A DNA stretch of 64,000 bases from Tagaea sp. (GTDB taxonomy: Bacteria; Pseudomonadota; Alphaproteobacteria; CACIAM-22H2): contig CBDIIB010000005.1 of the NCBI GenBank assembly GCA_965279525.1, positions 992,001 to 1,056,000 of the forward strand. Reading direction: 5' to 3'. Numbering within the stretch: position 1 is the first letter of the stretch; the number at the start of each line of letters is the position of its first letter. The translations under genes were made by a program, and so were the position numbers. The notes beneath the pieces are model-generated. The model was not told the origin of the DNA, did not search any database, and saw only the letters and a program-made list of their open reading frames with translations. Below are positions 59,494 to 64,000 of the stretch, piece by piece.

Positions 59494-61494
59494 ATGGAAG
59501 CAGCGGCCGTCGTCAAGCGCGTCGCCACGACGCTCGTCATCGCGGCCATCGCCGGGTCCGTCACGTTCGGCATCTTCTATTTCTTCCCGTTCCTGGGCAC
59601 GGCCGAACGCTGGACGCGCGATTTCCGCATCGCGAACATGTCGCCGCCCGAGCCGCAGCACCCCGACATCGTCGTGGCGGCGATCACGGAAGAAACACTG
59701 TCGTCGTTTCCCTACCGCTCGCCGGTCGACCGCAAGTTCCTTGCCGACACGGTGCGCGCGATCGCGGCCAAGGGCGCCAAGGCGATCCTGATCGACGTGC
59801 TCTTCGACCAGGAGACCGAGGAAGACAAGGACGACGAGCTTCGCGAGGCACTGGCGGAACTGACGATCCCGTTCTCGATCAGCTACTCGGATTCGCCCAC
59901 CTACGTGACCGACGAGCAGCTCGCCTATCTCGACGATTTCGTGAAGCCGGCCTGGCGCGGCCTTGCCGACATCGAGCCCGACAAGACCGACGGCATCATC
60001 CGCTTCGTGCCGCCGCCGCGCCACGTCAAGGACGGCACCTACGTGCCCAACGTCGCGGCCCGCGTGGCCCAGCTGCTGGGCGCGACGATCCCCGACAAGC
60101 AGAGCATCATCGCCTGGCGCGGCGAGCCCGACAGCGCCACGCAGCCCTTCCGCGAATTCCCGGCGCACGCCGTGCGCGTGCTGCCGGAAGCGTGGTTCAA
60201 GAACAAGATCGTGCTGGTGGGTGCCAACCTGTCGCTGACCGACCGCTATCGCACGCCGTTCTCGATCGGCCGCGACGTGGGCGACAACCGCATGGCCGGG
60301 ATCGTGATCCAGGCGCACATCCTGGCGCAGATGCTGGAGATGCGCGTGGCGCCCGAGGAGCGCGCCTTCGTGCCGCATCTCGTGACGCTGGCGCTGCTCG
60401 CGTTGATCGGTGCGGCACTCGGCAGCACCGGCGTGCCGATCTCGGTGCGGCTGGGCGGCGCCACGCTCGCGGTCGTGCTGCTGTGGGCGGCGGGCTGGTA
60501 CCTGTTCAAGGCCGACCATCCCTTCGTGCCGCTGGTCGAGGCGATGACCGGCGGGCGCAACCTGCTTGTCCCGCTGATCGAGCCGATCGTGGCGCTGGGC
60601 ATGGCGCTGTGGCTGTCCGACGCATGGTCGGGGCGCGAAGAACGCCAGCAGAAGAAGTTCATCCAGGGCGTGTTCAGCAAATACGTGTCGGCCGAGCTGC
60701 TGAACGAGATCGTCAAGGATCCCAAGAAGCTCGATCTTTCGGCGAGCCGCCGGCCGATGTCGCTGATCTTCACCGACGTGCAGGGCTTCACGACGCTGTC
60801 GGAAAAGCTCGAGGCCGCCCATCTCGCCGACGTGCTCAACCGCTATCTCGACGGCGGCTGCCGCGAGATCTGGAAGTACGGCGGCACGATCAACCAGTTC
60901 ACCGGCGACGCGATCTACGCGATGTTCAACGCGCCGCGCGAGCAGCCCGACCACGCGAAGCTGGCGCTGAAAGCCGCGCTCGACATCGACACGTTCTCCG
61001 AAGCGTTCCGCGCGGGCGAGCGCGAGAAGGGCGTGGACATGGGCATGACGCGCATCGGCGTGCACACGGCCGAGGCGAACGTCGGAAATTTCGGTTCGCT
61101 CGACCGTTACGAGTATAAAGCGCTTGGCGATGCGGTGAACACGGCCGCCCGGCTCGAAGGCCTCAACAAGTACTTCGGTACACGCATCCTGATCACGCAG
61201 CAGACGCGCGACGCGAGCCCCGAGATCCCGTGCCGCAAGGTGGGCGGCGTGATCGTCAAGGGCAAGAGCGAGCCCATCCATGTCTTCGAGCCGCTGACCG
61301 GCGCGCGCGCAAACGACGAGAACACGAAGCTCTATCTCGCCGCGTTCGAACTCCTGAAGGCGAAGGACCCGGCGGCACTCGCCGCGTTCGAGGACCTCGC
61401 GCAGCGCTACCCCGACGACGCGCTCGCCGAATACCATCTCGACCGGCTGCGCGAAGGCGAGACCGGCGAGGTCTTCGCGATGGCGGAGAAGTAA
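59494..61494 (+). CDS. CHASE2-domain class III nucleotide cyclase
   Basis: TM, CHASE2 (DIVVAAITEETL, IDVLFD, KNKIVLVG, AGIVIQAH), three TMs, FTDVQGFT, GDA, VNTAARLEGLNK. Confidence 0.93.
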   Translation: MEAAAVVKRVATTLVIAAIAGSVTFGIFYFFPFLGTAERWTRDFRIANMSPPEPQHPDIVVAAITEETLSSFPYRSPVDRKFLADTVRAIAAKGAKAILIDVLFDQETEEDKDDELREALAELTIPFSISYSDSPTYVTDEQLAYLDDFVKPAWRGLADIEPDKTDGIIRFVPPPRHVKDGTYVPNVAARVAQLLGATIPDKQSIIAWRGEPDSATQPFREFPAHAVRVLPEAWFKNKIVLVGANLSLTDRYRTPFSIGRDVGDNRMAGIVIQAHILAQMLEMRVAPEERAFVPHLVTLALLALIGAALGSTGVPISVRLGGATLAVVLLWAAGWYLFKADHPFVPLVEAMTGGRNLLVPLIEPIVALGMALWLSDAWSGREERQQKKFIQGVFSKYVSAELLNEIVKDPKKLDLSASRRPMSLIFTDVQGFTTLSEKLEAAHLADVLNRYLDGGCREIWKYGGTINQFTGDAIYAMFNAPREQPDHAKLALKAALDIDTFSEAFRAGEREKGVDMGMTRIGVHTAEANVGNFGSLDRYEYKALGDAVNTAARLEGLNKYFGTRILITQQTRDASPEIPCRKVGGVIVKGKSEPIHVFEPLTGARANDENTKLYLAAFELLKAKDPAALAAFEDLAQRYPDDALAEYHLDRLREGETGEVFAMAEK

Positions 61495-61530
61495 AAAGAA
61501 CAGGTTACGACAGGTTACGGTAACCTGTTT
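61493..61530 (-). terminator. Hairpin with U-tract on the minus strand, possibly bidirectional
   Basis: AACAGGTTAC (61499-61508) pairs with GTAACCTGTT (61520-61529); minus strand continues CTTTTT. Confidence 0.55.
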
Positions 61531-61613
61531 ATCCCGTCGAAATTCAAAGGTTGTAACCTGCAACGTGCTTTTTCACGCGCTTTGTATGCCGAGCGAACCA
61601 GCAACATATTCAC

Positions 61614-61671
61614 TTGTCAAAGAGCACGTTCCGACGGTTCCGAGCATGCCGGAACCCGCACAGGTTGTCAA
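61614..61671 (-). promoter_or_regulatory. Sigma70 promoter followed by a boxA-like antitermination motif
   Basis: Minus strand TTGACA (61666-61671), 17 bp spacer, CATGCT (61643-61648); TGCTCTTTGACAA at 61614-61626. Confidence 0.6.
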
Positions 61672-61689
61672 GAATTTAGACCCATAAGG

Positions 61690-61779
61690 CCCTCACCCTA
61701 ACCCTCTCCCGCGCGCGGGAGAGGGGACCGCACCGGTCGAGTCCCCTCTCCCCTCCGGGGAGAGGGCTAGGGTGAAGGG
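61690..61779. repeat. BoxC/REP-like composite palindromic intergenic repeat
   Basis: CCCTCACCCTAACCCTCTCCC-gcgcgc-GGGAGAGGGGAC and the inverted copy GTCCCCTCTCCCCTCCGGGGAGAGGGCTAGGGTGAAGGG. Confidence 0.8.
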
Positions 61780-61783
61780 GGTC

Positions 61784-62491
61784 TCACGCCGCCATCGACG
61801 CGCGGTCGATGAGGTTGGCCCAGGAATTCATCGAGGCGAAGTGGGCGTAGGCGACGGCGAGCCAGCCGCGTTTGCGCCAGTCGATGAAGGCGGCGTCGGG
61901 GAGCGTGTCGAACTTCGCGCGATCGAGGATGCGGAAGCCGCCGAGCACGATCTTGCGCCCGTCGGTGAGCGCGAATTCCGCGCGGTGGTCGGCGAGCAGG
62001 CCCGCACTGGCGCACGCGGCGGCGAAGGCCTGGGCGGCATCGGCCTGCACCTGGAACTCGCGCGAGAAGGCAAGCGCCTGCTCGACGAGCGGCGTTGGCT
62101 TCTCGCCGTCGAACAGCGGGATGCCGGCATCGCCGATCGCGTCGGCCGCCTCGTCCACGCACAGCACGAGTTGGTCGGCGAGCTGGGCGAAGGCGAAGGG
62201 ATAGCGGCGCACATAGGCCGGCACGTAGCTGCCCGGCCGCCAGTCGCCCGCCTCGTCGACGAAGAGGTTGCGGCCCTTCTCCACGCCGAGCAACGCGATC
62301 AGCCCGCCCGGTTCGGCGGCCGCGAAGACGAGCGGATAGTGGCGCGCGGCCACTTCGGCTTCGGCCGCCCCCAGCGGCACGGCGTTGGTTTCGCGCGCGA
62401 AGCCGAAGCCGACCGGGGCCGTATAGCGCTTGGTGGCGTGCGCCTCGCGCGAGATCGCCACCGGCCGGCGATAGAGGATCGGCTCGTTCAT
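61784..62491 (-). CDS. SapC-family protein
   Basis: YPLVF, ALLGVEKGRNLFV, YVPAYVRRYPF, GWLAVAYAHFASM; ATG overlaps the upstream stop. Confidence 0.9.
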   Translation of the reverse strand: MNEPILYRRPVAISREAHATKRYTAPVGFGFARETNAVPLGAAEAEVAARHYPLVFAAAEPGGLIALLGVEKGRNLFVDEAGDWRPGSYVPAYVRRYPFAFAQLADQLVLCVDEAADAIGDAGIPLFDGEKPTPLVEQALAFSREFQVQADAAQAFAAACASAGLLADHRAEFALTDGRKIVLGGFRILDRAKFDTLPDAAFIDWRKRGWLAVAYAHFASMNSWANLIDRASMAA

Positions 62492-63321
62492 CTTGCGAGG
62501 AACGCCGCGACCGCGCGGTTGAACGCGTCGGGCACCTCGAAATAGGCGGAGTGGCCCGCTCCTTCGAACGACATGTGCCGCGCGTCGGGGAAGCCCTTGG
62601 CGAGGATCGGTGCCGCGAAAGACGGGAAGACCATGTCGGAACTGCCGGTGAGGAACAGCGTGGGCACCTTCAGGTTCGCCACGTCGGCAAGCTTGCGGGT
62701 GCGCATCTTGACGATGCGCGCGCGCAGATCGTCCTTGGGCAGGCTGGTCGCGAGCGCGTCCATGCCGCGATACAGATGGTGCATGGCCGGGTTCGCCTCG
62801 GCCATCGCGGCACCAAGGGCCGGATGGATCGCGCGCATGCGCAGGTCGGCATTGACCGCGACCGCCCGGTTGCTCCATTCGGCGAATTTCGCGGGATCGG
62901 CCTGGGCCGGATCGAGCGTGCCGCTCGTCGCCGCCAGCACCATGGCCTCGACGCGTGCGGGATGGCGCAGCGCGAATTCAAGCGCGGTCCACCCGCCCAT
63001 CGACTGCGCCACGATGGCGAAGCGCTCGATGCCCAGATGGGCCGTCAATGCTTCGAGGTCGCCGGCGAAATCCGCCGGATCGGGTTTCGTACCCGCCACC
63101 GTCGACGGCGCGAAGCCGCGATGGGAGAAGGTCACGCAGGTGTGACGCAGCCGGAAGAACGGCACCTGCTGCCACCACGACAGATGGTTGCCGCCCAGCC
63201 CGTGCGCGAAGACCAGCGCCGGGCCGTCGCCCGCGACCTCGTAATAGATGCGTGCACCCGGCCGCTCGACGAAGCCGGTGCGTTCGGCGCCGTGCGGCGC
63301 CCAGGGTGTCGTGTCGTTCAT
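62488..63321 (-). CDS. Alpha/beta hydrolase
   Basis: VFAHGLGG, HRGF, AQSMGG, GAGHSAYFE. Confidence 0.9.
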   Translation of the reverse strand: MNDTTPWAPHGAERTGFVERPGARIYYEVAGDGPALVFAHGLGGNHLSWWQQVPFFRLRHTCVTFSHRGFAPSTVAGTKPDPADFAGDLEALTAHLGIERFAIVAQSMGGWTALEFALRHPARVEAMVLAATSGTLDPAQADPAKFAEWSNRAVAVNADLRMRAIHPALGAAMAEANPAMHHLYRGMDALATSLPKDDLRARIVKMRTRKLADVANLKVPTLFLTGSSDMVFPSFAAPILAKGFPDARHMSFEGAGHSAYFEVPDAFNRAVAAFLAR

Positions 63322-63410
63322 GGCTGCCATCATCGCGCGCGGCTTGGCGGGCGGCAACTGCCGGGCTAGCCTTGCCTGCACAATTCCGGAAATTCGAGGA
63401 GTCCCGCCCC

Positions 63411-64000
63411 ATGAAATACGTTCCGCTCGGCCGTTCCGGCCTGATGGTAAGCCGCGTGTGCCTTGGCGGAAATTCGTGGGGGGCACGCGGCCGGCGTGCG
63501 TGGGCGGGCTTCGATGCCGGCGACAGCACGCCATTTTTCAAGCGGGCGCTGGATCGCGGCATCAATTTCTTCGACACGGCCGACGCCTACAACCTCGGTG
63601 CGTCCGAGACGATCATGGGCGAGACGCTGATGACCTATGCGCCGCGCGACGAGATCGTGCTCTCGACCAAGATCGGCCTCAAGATGGGCGACGGGCCCAA
63701 CGCGGTCGGGCTGGGCGCCAAGCACCTGCTGGCCGGCATCGACGCGCAGCTGAAGCGCCTGAAGACCGACCATATCGACGTCTACCAGGTCCACCGGCTC
63801 GATCCGCACACGCCGGTCGAGGAGTTCATGTACACGCTCGACGGCATCGTGCGCGCCGGCAAGGTGCGCTATATCGGCGGCTCGACGATGCCGGCGTGGA
63901 AATTCGCCCAGATGATCGCGCTCGCCGACCGGCACGGCTACGCCCGCCCCATCGCCATGCAGAACCTGCACAACCTGATCCAGCGCGAGGAAGAGCGCGA
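63411..64000 (+). CDS. Aldo/keto reductase (partial, runs off the window)
   Basis: Manual translation MKYVPLGRSGLMVSRVCLG...GINFFDTADAY...STKIG...IDVYQVHR...GKVRYIG; GAGGAG RBS. Confidence 0.92.
   Translation, partial: MKYVPLGRSGLMVSRVCLGGNSWGARGRRAWAGFDAGDSTPFFKRALDRGINFFDTADAYNLGASETIMGETLMTYAPRDEIVLSTKIGLKMGDGPNAVGLGAKHLLAGIDAQLKRLKTDHIDVYQVHRLDPHTPVEEFMYTLDGIVRAGKVRYIGGSTMPAWKFAQMIALADRHGYARPIAMQNLHNLIQREEER

Noticed and set aside
61499-61560. CRISPR array or iteron origin from the CAGGTTAC repeats
   Set aside because: Repeats are 8-10 bp in mixed orientation without spacers; no cas or rep gene in the window
61515-61607. 30-aa minus-strand ORF MLLVRSAYKAREKAR... inside the promoter-terminator unit
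   Set aside because: No clear RBS and atypical codon usage; unsupported without ribosome profiling
61628-61640. Second LexA box (GTTC...GTTC)
   Set aside because: Spacer is 5 bp, not 7

Overview
High-GC alphaproteobacterial chromosome segment, Rhodospirillales-like by gene order. 1-18.5 kb is the conserved core block addB-murU-amgK-tsaE / divL / ahcY / ptsI-HPr-EIIA-rapZ-hprK / chvG...chvI. It is interrupted by a ferredoxin-NADP reductase-type gene and by a two-gene, opposite-strand cassette between chvI and chvG. That cassette has a LexA-box promoter, an RBS-occluding hairpin, a peptidoglycan-binding N-terminus, a lower-GC toxin-like C-terminus and an immunity-like partner. Next come polA, small genes, a TRAP-SDR-TauD operon, tRNA-Arg(CCG) and an orphan flagellin with an inserted beta-rich domain. 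A LacI-associated sugar-acid catabolic cluster follows, containing a divergent enolase paired with an APH-fold kinase, and then tungstate transport (tupBCA). At 52.6-61.5 kb lies a putative envelope signalling locus: TpsB-type barrel, exported protein, cNMP-binding protein, lipoprotein TPR-CHAT caspase-like protease, exported partner, and a CHASE2 class III cyclase whose two base-specificity residues are non-canonical. All calls are by eye from sequence motifs; no searches were run.
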